NCBI GenBank assembly: GCA_947445035.1
Contig: CANFCK010000011.1
Span: forward strand, 81,567-145,566
Direction of reading: 5' to 3'
Length of the DNA stretch: 64,000 nucleotides
Source of the DNA: Deltaproteobacteria bacterium
Lineage (GTDB): Bacteria > Myxococcota_A > UBA796 > SXON01
The notes under the pieces were generated by a model, which made no database searches, was not told the DNA's origin, and was given only the letters and a program-made list of their open reading frames with translations. Positions 9,682 through 17,167 of the stretch are shown piece after piece (within the stretch, counting starts at the first letter, position 1; each line of letters begins with the position of its first letter). Made by a program: the position numbers and the translations under genes.

Positions 9682-11007
9682 GTGGCGGTCGGGCGCGGGT
9701 TGATTGCAGCGGGCACGGTGGCGAACGGGGTCCTCGTGGTTCGGTGCCTGGAGGCGGTGACCATCACCGGGCCCGTGGCACTTCGGCGCGCTGCGGACGG
9801 GCTGACAGAGGTGCAAGGGTGGCTCTCCTGGCAGCTGTGGGACAACGTCACCCACGGGCGCAGTCCGCTCGACGCCAGTGTTTTCACTGACGGGACGGCC
9901 AGCCTGTGGTCGGTCGTCGGCAATCCGGGCGCGGCGAGCCTTTTGGCCCCGATTTCGGGCGTGCTGTCACCGGGGGCCGCGGCGCTGGCAGGGTTCGGCC
10001 TCCTGGCGACGCTGAACATCGTGGCCGGCGCCCACTTTGGGGCCGTTCATCGGGTTCCCTGGCTCGGGGCGCTCGCCGTGGCGGCCGTGGGTGCGGGGGT
10101 GCAGCTGGCGAGCGGGGGCTTCCCGCAAGCCTTGTTTGCTCCCGGGCTCGTAGCGGCCGCGGCCCTGGCGCGGGGCCAGACCCGCGCGGCGGTCGGCTGG
10201 ACCCTCGTGGGGGCGCTCTTGGCCCCCGGGCCGACCGCGGGCTTGCTCATCGCGGTTGGGGGGCTTCCCCTTGCGGCGTTGGCGGCAGCGGGCTTCTTCG
10301 TGGCGCCGTTCGGGTCCGGCGCGGGTCCCGCGTTGGTTGCGGGCGACCTGTTCTGGCCGGGCGGTGGCGCCGAGCGCGCGCTGCCGCTGACCACCGGTTT
10401 GGCGCTTTTTGGGCTGTGGCAGGCGCGTGGATGGGGTCGTATGGTGGCGCCTGTGGCGGCCGTTGCGCTCTTGGCCGGGGTCGTGCCGGTGGCGGTCGCC
10501 GGGCACCAACTGGTAGGTCCCGCCACGCCGAACAGCGCGTCGGTGGCGTTTTCGCTGGCCTTGGTCCTGGGGGCAGCGTTGCCGCTAGCCGCAACGCTGG
10601 CCCGCTCGCGGCGGATGCTGGTGGCCGTCTGTCTGGTGGTAGACCTGGTCGGGCCCGTCGTGGTCGGCGGCGGGCGGGTCCTGGAGCCGTCGTCACCCGT
10701 CCCACCGGCGCTCTTGGCCCTGGCCAGCGCCCCACGCCGGGTGGAAGTGCTGGTGGTCCCGGACAGCGTACTTGCGGCCGGAGTCGGGCTCATCCCGAGC
10801 CATCGACAAACGGCCGCGCGCGCGCCTCGTCTCGGGAGCGTACCTCCACTCCCAGTGCGCCCCGCCGAGGTGCGCGACCACATCGGTCGCTCGCGCTTTC
10901 CGGTGGTGCTGGTGCAGCTCGATCCCGACCCGGCTCAGGCCTCGTCGTTGGCCAGCGCCTTCGGGCCGCCCCTCGTCTACGGGCCGGCGATGGCGGTTTG
11001 GCAGTGA
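9682..11007 (+). CDS. Polytopic membrane protein, unknown function
   Basis: GTG directly after the FtsH-like stop. Ala/Leu/Gly/Val-rich with many hydrophobic segments. The competing frame (9906..) is Arg/Gly junk until folP. The stop overlaps the folP GTG (GTGA). Confidence 0.55.
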   Translation: MAVGRGLIAAGTVANGVLVVRCLEAVTITGPVALRRAADGLTEVQGWLSWQLWDNVTHGRSPLDASVFTDGTASLWSVVGNPGAASLLAPISGVLSPGAAALAGFGLLATLNIVAGAHFGAVHRVPWLGALAVAAVGAGVQLASGGFPQALFAPGLVAAAALARGQTRAAVGWTLVGALLAPGPTAGLLIAVGGLPLAALAAAGFFVAPFGSGAGPALVAGDLFWPGGGAERALPLTTGLALFGLWQARGWGRMVAPVAAVALLAGVVPVAVAGHQLVGPATPNSASVAFSLALVLGAALPLAATLARSRRMLVAVCLVVDLVGPVVVGGGRVLEPSSPVPPALLALASAPRRVEVLVVPDSVLAAGVGLIPSHRQTAARAPRLGSVPPLPVRPAEVRDHIGRSRFPVVLVQLDPDPAQASSLASAFGPPLVYGPAMAVWQ

Positions 11008-11759
11008 AGCTCATGGGCATCGTCAACGCCACGCCGGACAGCTTCTCGGACGGCGGCCGGTATGACGCGGCGGTGCACGCGTTGCGCCTTTGGTCCGATG
11101 GGGCCGATGTCATTGACGTGGGGGGGGAGAGCACGCGGCCCGGCGCGGAGGCGGTCGACGAGGCGGAGGAGCTTCGTCGGGTGCTGCCCGTCGTGCGCGC
11201 GGCGGCGTCGGCGGGGGCGCTCGTGTCCATCGACACCCGGCGGGCGAGGGTGGCGGCGGCGGCCCTGGCGGCCGGGGCCCGCATGGTCAATGATGTCAGC
11301 GCCGCGGCGGATCCCGACATGTTGCGGGTGGTGGCGCTGGCCGGGGCCTCGTTGGTGCTGATGCACATGCGCGGCACCCCGGCGACGATGAGCGCGCACA
11401 CCGACTACGACGACGTCGTGTCCGAGGTGTGGTCTCAGCTCGCCCGCCGGGCGGCGCTGGCGATCGACGCGGGGTGCACCGATGTCTGGGTGGACCCCGG
11501 CATCGGTTTTGCGAAGACGGCGCCGCAGTCGGTGGCGGTCCTGCGTTCGCTTCGGGGGCGGCAGAACGCACGGGTGGTCATCGGCGCGTCACGAAAAAGC
11601 TTTCTGGGAACCCTCGCGTACGCGCCGCGGCCCGACGATCGGCTGGAGGGCTCGTTGGCCGTCGCGATACACTGCGCCGCGGCGGGGGTCGGCATGCTCC
11701 GGGTTCACGACATCGTCGCGACACGGAAGACACTCTCCACGTGGACGGCGCTGCAGTGA
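11004..11759 (+). CDS. folP: Dihydropteroate synthase
   Basis: MGIVNATPDSFSDGG...DVGGESTRPG...VSIDT...NDVS...VWVDPGIGFAK...GASRKSF motifs. Start is GTG 11004 or ATG 11013. Confidence 0.9.
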   Translation: MKLMGIVNATPDSFSDGGRYDAAVHALRLWSDGADVIDVGGESTRPGAEAVDEAEELRRVLPVVRAAASAGALVSIDTRRARVAAAALAAGARMVNDVSAAADPDMLRVVALAGASLVLMHMRGTPATMSAHTDYDDVVSEVWSQLARRAALAIDAGCTDVWVDPGIGFAKTAPQSVAVLRSLRGRQNARVVIGASRKSFLGTLAYAPRPDDRLEGSLAVAIHCAAAGVGMLRVHDIVATRKTLSTWTALQ

Positions 11760-12532
11760 CCGAGGTCCTCTCGCTCTACGTCCGCAACCTTCGAGTCACC
11801 GACGCGCTCGACGTCGCGATCTTGTGGTTCGTGCTCTACCAGGCGCTGATGCTGGTCCGGGGTACCCGCGCGCTCCAAACGCTCCTGGGACTCGGTGCAG
11901 CGCTGGTGCTTTTCTTGCTCGCCGAGCTTCTGGCGCTCTATGCGGTGCACTGGATGCTCCAGAAGTTCCTGGAATACTCGGTCATTGCGCTGCTCATCCT
12001 CTTTCAGTCCGACATCCGTCGCGGCCTCGCCGGGGCTGGCGGGCGGTTGCTTCCGTCGTTCTCGCAGGCCTCCGACCAGGGTGCGGTCGAGGAAATCATC
12101 CGCGCCAGCTTCTTGATGGCCAGCCGCCGCATCGGCGCGCTCATCGCCATCGAACGACAGGCGGCGCTCCAGGACTATGCCGACTCTGGCAATCGCATGG
12201 GCGCCCGGGTCACCAGTGAACTCCTCCTGGCCATCTTCCATCCCACCAGCCCGCTCCACGACGGCGCAGTGGTGGTGAATCGGGGGGTGATCGTGGCTGC
12301 GAAGGTGTTCCTGCCGCTGTCCTTGAGCAAGGACGTCAGCCGTTTCGTCGGTACGCGACACCGCGCGGCCATCGGACTCACCGAGGAGACCGACGCGGTG
12401 GTGATCGTGGTGTCGGAAGAACGCGGCACGGTGGCTGTCGCTTCGGCCGGGGAGGTCCGCGCGGCCAACGATCCCAGCGAACTCCGGCAGCGCCTGCTCG
12501 AAGCCTTCGATCGGCGTGGCGGCCATTCATGA
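11756..12532 (+). CDS. cdaA: Diadenylate cyclase CdaA (DisA_N domain, three N-terminal TM helices)
   Basis: HDGAVVV (DGA) and GTRHRAAIG (RHR) motifs. Hydrophobic N-terminus. The GTG start overlaps the folP TGA. Confidence 0.9.
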   Translation: MTEVLSLYVRNLRVTDALDVAILWFVLYQALMLVRGTRALQTLLGLGAALVLFLLAELLALYAVHWMLQKFLEYSVIALLILFQSDIRRGLAGAGGRLLPSFSQASDQGAVEEIIRASFLMASRRIGALIAIERQAALQDYADSGNRMGARVTSELLLAIFHPTSPLHDGAVVVNRGVIVAAKVFLPLSLSKDVSRFVGTRHRAAIGLTEETDAVVIVVSEERGTVAVASAGEVRAANDPSELRQRLLEAFDRRGGHS

Positions 12533-13488
12533 ACGATCGCTTCGCCGCGTTCCGCTTCCGCCTGAGTGACAACCTGGGCTACAAGGCCGCGAGCCTGCTC
12601 TTCGCGGTGCTGGTGTGGATTGGCGTGCAAAGCCAGCATCGGGTGGAAGAGCGCGCCCGAGCGACCGTGCGTTGGGCCGTCCCCGAGGGCATGACGTTCG
12701 TCGAGCCGCCGATCGAGGTCGTCACCCTGACGATCGAGGGGGTCCAGGCCCTGGTGCGAACCGTGCCACAGCGCACCCTCACCATGGACGTGGACTTGAC
12801 CAAGGCGACCGCGGGGGATGTCTCGATCGATCTGGGGCAGCGGCCGGTGTCGGGTTTGCCCGACCAGCTCAACGTCACGAGTGTGTCGCCGGCGCAGCTG
12901 CGGCTGACCCTGGATCGGCTCCTCAAACGGCGCGTTCCCGTCGCGCCCGCCACCGTCGGCAAGGTGGCAGAGGGGTACCGGGTGGCGGCGGTCACGGTCA
13001 CGCCGGATCGGGCTGAGCTTGAGGGCGCCGCGACGCTCCTTCGCAGCATGGAGAGCGTGCCTTCGGGGGAGGCCGACATCGGCGGTCTGCGAGACGACCA
13101 GGACGTCGAGGTGGGACTGGGCTTGCGCAAGGGACTCTCGGCGACGAAGGCGGGTCGGTACGTGGTGCACGTCGACGTGGAGCCGATCATCATCGAGCGC
13201 CGGTTTGACTTCGTTGCGGTCGTCGTGGAGAGCGCGGGGTGGACCCCCGTCACCCCCGCGGTGAGCCTGGTCCTGACCGGTCCGCAAGAAGAGGTCAACG
13301 CCGTTGGCGCCGACGTCGTCAGGGTTGTGGTCACCGTGCCCGTGGAGCGCACCGGCAACACGGCCGAAGCGCGTCGAAGTCGCGGCGAGGGGGTCCGTTA
13401 CGAGGTGGTCCACGGTGCGGGGGAGGCGGTGCGGGTGGTCTCGGTGGAGCCGGCCACGCTCAAGCTGGTGCGGACCCCGTCGCCATGA
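12529..13488 (+). CDS. cdaR: YbbR-domain protein (CdaR-like regulator of CdaA)
   Basis: N-terminal anchor LGYKAASLLFAVLVWIGV followed by repeated beta-rich YbbR-like modules. ATGA overlaps on both sides. Canonical position between cdaA and glmM. Confidence 0.75.
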   Translation: MNDRFAAFRFRLSDNLGYKAASLLFAVLVWIGVQSQHRVEERARATVRWAVPEGMTFVEPPIEVVTLTIEGVQALVRTVPQRTLTMDVDLTKATAGDVSIDLGQRPVSGLPDQLNVTSVSPAQLRLTLDRLLKRRVPVAPATVGKVAEGYRVAAVTVTPDRAELEGAATLLRSMESVPSGEADIGGLRDDQDVEVGLGLRKGLSATKAGRYVVHVDVEPIIIERRFDFVAVVVESAGWTPVTPAVSLVLTGPQEEVNAVGADVVRVVVTVPVERTGNTAEARRSRGEGVRYEVVHGAGEAVRVVSVEPATLKLVRTPSP

Positions 13489-14723
13489 CCTTCGGGACCG
13501 ACGGCATCCGTGGCCGCGCGGGAGACGTGGTCACCGCGGCGCTCGCATGGTCGGTGGGCCATGCGGCCACATGTGTTCTAGGTCGCGACGTATGGATCGC
13601 ACGAGATACCCGCGAGTCCGGTCCAGAGCTGGTTGCAGCGGTGTGCGCCGGGGTAGTCGCCGCGGGCGGACGTGCGACGGACCTCGGTGTTCTACCCACG
13701 CCAGGGCTCGCAATCCGGGTGCGCGACGAAGGAGCCGATGCCGGCATCATGGTGACCGCCAGCCACAATCCGCCGGAGGACAACGGGCTCAAGGTGCTGG
13801 GCCGGGGCGGCGGCAAGCTCGATGGCGCGGTGCTGGCGGGGCTGAGCGCCGCGATGCTGGTGCGGGCCGAGGCGGCCGGGGGGGCGGGTCGCGCGTTGGC
13901 CGGCGTCGGCCCCTATGTCGAGGCGCTTCTGGCGGCGCTGCCCCCGGGGCGCTGGTTGGAGGGGAAGCGCATTCTCCTGGATTCCGGCGGCGGCGCCGGG
14001 ACTGAAGCCGGCTACGCCGTGCTCGAGGCGCTCGGCGCCTGGGTCCAGGTGCTCACCGCCCAAGGAATCAACCTCGACTGCGGCGCCGTGCACCCCCGTC
14101 GTGCCGCTGGCGCCGTGCTCGTGGGCGGCTACGATGCGGGCGTGCTCCTGGACGGGGACGCGGACCGCATCGCGCTGGTCGACGAGCGCGGACGGATTCT
14201 CGATGGCGACGCGCTCCTTTGGTTGTGCCGCCGCGGGCCGACAATGGTCGGGACGGTGATGACCAACCTGGGGCTGGAACGGGCCCTGGCGGCAGAGGGG
14301 ATATCTCTGGTGCGGACCGCGGTTGGCGACGCGAACGTGGCCGCCGCGATGTTGGAGACCGGTGCGTCGGTGGGGGGCGAGCCCAGCGGTCACATCCTCT
14401 ATGCGGACGGCCCCCCCTCCGCCGACGCGCTGTACGCGGGCCTGCGTGCGCTCCACGCGGCGCCGACGCTGTCCACCGCGGGATTCCGCCCTGCGTTCCA
14501 GTCGTCGACCAACCTGCGCGACGTCCGCCTACCGGCCCTGGACCTGGGTTTTGTGACGGAGGCGGGCGGCCGCGCCGTGGTGCGCCAGAGCGGGACCGAA
14601 GCGCTGGTGCGGGTGATGGTCGAGCACGACGATCGGCTGACGGCGGACCGGCTGGTTCAGGAGGTGGTGGCGCTCATTGGGGCAGGCCAAGCTTGGTTTG
14701 GTGGAGCTCCCACAGATCCTTGA
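13485..14723 (+). CDS. glmM: Phosphoglucosamine mutase
   Basis: MTFGTDGIRG start, active-site GIMVTASHNPPEDNGLK, DGDADR metal loop, GGEPSGH. Confidence 0.9.
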   Translation: MTFGTDGIRGRAGDVVTAALAWSVGHAATCVLGRDVWIARDTRESGPELVAAVCAGVVAAGGRATDLGVLPTPGLAIRVRDEGADAGIMVTASHNPPEDNGLKVLGRGGGKLDGAVLAGLSAAMLVRAEAAGGAGRALAGVGPYVEALLAALPPGRWLEGKRILLDSGGGAGTEAGYAVLEALGAWVQVLTAQGINLDCGAVHPRRAAGAVLVGGYDAGVLLDGDADRIALVDERGRILDGDALLWLCRRGPTMVGTVMTNLGLERALAAEGISLVRTAVGDANVAAAMLETGASVGGEPSGHILYADGPPSADALYAGLRALHAAPTLSTAGFRPAFQSSTNLRDVRLPALDLGFVTEAGGRAVVRQSGTEALVRVMVEHDDRLTADRLVQEVVALIGAGQAWFGGAPTDP

Positions 14724-14762
14724 GTCGTTGCGGCAAGCGCGTGGCATCGATGGGCTTGGCGA

Positions 14763-14773
14763 CCCCCCCCCCC
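14763..14773. repeat. C11/G11 homopolymer tract
   Basis: gaCCCCCCCCCCCacg counted directly. It lies at the second frame break of the REC remnant. Confidence 0.9.
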
Positions 14774-14872
14774 ACGCGCCGAGCACGGCGTACTCGGCAA
14801 GGTCGGGCGGAAGGGCCCGCGCGGTGATGAAAACCACCGGAATGTGCGCCGTGTCAGGGTCGGTCCGCCTCG

Positions 14873-14882
14873 GCGCGCGCGC
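14873..14882. repeat. (GC)5 dinucleotide repeat
   Basis: gcgcgcgcgc read directly. Removing one GC unit joins frames A and B of the REC remnant into ..GRLRAPRRTDPDTAHIPVVFITA. Confidence 0.85.
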
Positions 14883-15017
14883 AGTCGACCGCGGCGGCCG
14901 TCGTCGTCGAAGAGCATCTCGCACACGAAGAGCGGGTCGCTCATCGCATCGAGCAACGCCTCGTAGCGGCCCACCCGCTCGGCGGAAAGGATAGGGCCCG
15001 TCGTTCCGGAGAGAATC

Positions 15018-15725
15018 ATGACGCGCCGCTTGGGAGTCAATGTGGACCACGTCGCGACCCTCCGACAGGCGCGCCGGGCGCGCTACCCCGACCCTTTGGC
15101 GGCGGCGCTCATCGCCGAGCGGGCCGGCGCCGCGCAGATCACCGTCCACATCCGTGGCGACCGGCGCCACATCCAGGACCACGACCTGCGTCGCCTGCGG
15201 GAGTCGGTGCAGACGCTCCTGAACATCGAGGCCGCCTGCACCGAGGAGATGGCGAACATCCTCCTGGAGGCCCGCCCGCACCGCGTCACCCTGGTGGCCG
15301 AGCGCGCAGGGGAGGTGACCACCGAGGGTGGGCTCGACGTCGCCGGGAACGCGGCCGAGGTCGCAGCCTTCGCCCGCCGACTGGGCGCGGCCGGCATCCA
15401 CGTCGCGCTGTTCATCGATCCCGATGACGCCCAGGTCGACGCGTCGCGTGTGGCCGGCGTGGACATGGTCGAGCTCAACACCGCCCGTTGGGCGGAGACT
15501 GGCGACGCCGCCGAGCTCGTGCGGCTTGCCGCCGCCACCAGGCGCGCCCGCGCGTTGGGACTTGCGGTGGCGGCGGGGCACGGCCTCACGCTCCAGAACC
15601 TCGCCCCCCTCTGTGCGGCCGCTCCCGAGATCGAGGAGTACAACATCGGCCACGCGCTCATCGCCGACGCGGTCTTCCTCGGTCTGGACGTTAGCGTACG
15701 GCGCTACCTGGAGCTCCTGGCCTGA
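15018..15725 (+). CDS. pdxJ: Pyridoxine 5'-phosphate synthase
   Basis: LGVNVDHVATLRQARRARYPDP...ITVHIRGDRRHIQDHD...HGL signature run. Confidence 0.9.
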   Translation: MTRRLGVNVDHVATLRQARRARYPDPLAAALIAERAGAAQITVHIRGDRRHIQDHDLRRLRESVQTLLNIEAACTEEMANILLEARPHRVTLVAERAGEVTTEGGLDVAGNAAEVAAFARRLGAAGIHVALFIDPDDAQVDASRVAGVDMVELNTARWAETGDAAELVRLAAATRRARALGLAVAAGHGLTLQNLAPLCAAAPEIEEYNIGHALIADAVFLGLDVSVRRYLELLA

Positions 15726-17131
15726 TGCAGCGTGTCGGCCGCCCCATCTCGCGCGGCGCGGTCGTCCGAGCGCTCGACGCCGCGCTCATCGAGGGGGTCG
15801 GCATTCCTTCGGCGGTGCTCATGGAGCACGCAGCGCACGGGGTCGCCGACGCCATCGTCGCCTGGTGGGGCCCACGTCCGCCGCCAGCCACGCGCATCCT
15901 GTGTGGCCCCGGAAACAACGGCGGGGACGGCTACGCGGTCGCCCGGCACCTTCACTTGCGCGGCTGGACCGTGCGCTGTGTCTCTGTCTTTTCGCCCGCG
16001 TCGCCGGAATGCCGGCTGATGCGCGGGATCGCGGACCGCCTTGGGCTGGTTGGCGATCTCGACGCGCCCGGCCTCGTCGTCGACGCCATCTTCGGCACCG
16101 GACAGCGCGCGCCCATCGTGCTTCCGGAGCTGCCGCCGTCGGCAGCGTCAGTCGTTGCTCTGGACGTGCCCACGGGGGTCGATGCGGACACCGGGCTCCG
16201 CCTGGGAGCAGGCCCCGCGCCGACGCACGTCGTCACCATCGGCCGACTCAAGCCATTCTTGTTTGTAGATGCGGTCTCGTTCTCCCTGGTCGACATCGGT
16301 CTGGAGTGGCGTGGCGGTCCGGCCGAGGCTTTTTCGGTCGATGCCCGCCCCTGGATTCCCCCGCTCCCCGACGATGCCAACAAATGGCGCCGCGGGCACG
16401 TCACCGTGCGGGCGGGTTGTGCCGAGAAGACTGGCGCCGCGGTGCTCGCCTGCCTCGGCGCGCTGCGCGGCGGCGCCGGGCTCGTGACCCTCCAGATCGA
16501 GCGCGCGGCCTGGAGTCGGCTGCCCGAGCTGCCCCCCGAGGTGATGGTCGCCGAGCCCGGCGCGCCCCGCGGTGACGTGCTGGTGGTGGGGCCGGGTCTC
16601 GGCCGGAGCGCCGACGACGAGCTGCGCCGCCTGTGGAACGAGTTTCCCGGTCCCGCAGTTTTTGATGCCGATGGGCTGCGGGCGCTTGACGGGCGAGAGA
16701 GCGCGCATCCGCGGGTGATCACGCCGCACGCGGGGGAGGCCGCGCACCTGCTTGCGGAGGACTGGCGCACGCTGGAGGCGGACCGTTTGGCCACCGCGGC
16801 GCGCCTGGCCGCGATCGCGACGACGATCTACAAGGGAGCGTGCCCCATCGTGACCGGGGCATCGCTCGCCGTTTTGGGCGGAGGGACTGCGGCGCTGGGC
16901 GTGGGCGGCTCGGGCGACCTGCTGGCGGGCATCGTCGGGGGGCTCCTGGCCAACCATCACGGCGGAAGGGGGGAGGGGGGCTGGCGCCGCGAGGAGTGCG
17001 ATGCCATAGCGCTTGCAGGGGCGTGGCTGCACCAGGAGGCGGCGCGGGGGCTGCCCGTCGGGGTGTTGGTGACGGAGATTGGCGCCCGGGTGCCGCAGGT
17101 GCGGGGAAGCGGCGGCGGCGGCGCTTCGTAG
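15725..17131 (+). CDS. nnr: Bifunctional NAD(P)H-hydrate repair enzyme (epimerase/dehydratase, YjeF)
   Basis: N-terminal GPGNNGGDGYAVARHL (YjeF_N). C-terminal carbohydrate-kinase-like half with GGSGDLLAG. Confidence 0.85.
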   Translation: MQRVGRPISRGAVVRALDAALIEGVGIPSAVLMEHAAHGVADAIVAWWGPRPPPATRILCGPGNNGGDGYAVARHLHLRGWTVRCVSVFSPASPECRLMRGIADRLGLVGDLDAPGLVVDAIFGTGQRAPIVLPELPPSAASVVALDVPTGVDADTGLRLGAGPAPTHVVTIGRLKPFLFVDAVSFSLVDIGLEWRGGPAEAFSVDARPWIPPLPDDANKWRRGHVTVRAGCAEKTGAAVLACLGALRGGAGLVTLQIERAAWSRLPELPPEVMVAEPGAPRGDVLVVGPGLGRSADDELRRLWNEFPGPAVFDADGLRALDGRESAHPRVITPHAGEAAHLLAEDWRTLEADRLATAARLAAIATTIYKGACPIVTGASLAVLGGGTAALGVGGSGDLLAGIVGGLLANHHGGRGEGGWRREECDAIALAGAWLHQEAARGLPVGVLVTEIGARVPQVRGSGGGGAS

Positions 17132-17167
17132 GTGCGAGCACACGGCGCCCCGCAGGGGCGGCCGCCT

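Larger units (their letters stand above)
14674..15019 (-). pseudogene. Degenerate receiver (REC) domain remnant, split over three frames
   Basis: Minus-strand reading in three pieces. Frame A: MILSG..YEALLDAMSDPLFVCEMLFDDDG. Frame B: RRTDPDTAHIPVVFITARALPPDLAEYAVLGAWGGG. Frame C: VAKPIDATRLPQRLKDLWEL..*. The frame breaks coincide with (GC)5 and G11 tracts. The acidic pocket DD is SG and the phospho-Asp is Glu. Confidence 0.5.

Noticed and set aside
14529-15653. 374-aa minus-strand ORF opposite pdxJ
   Set aside because: Only its 3' end (HIPVVFITA...) looks protein-like, and that part is explained as one frame of the REC remnant. The rest is antisense to a clear pdxJ.
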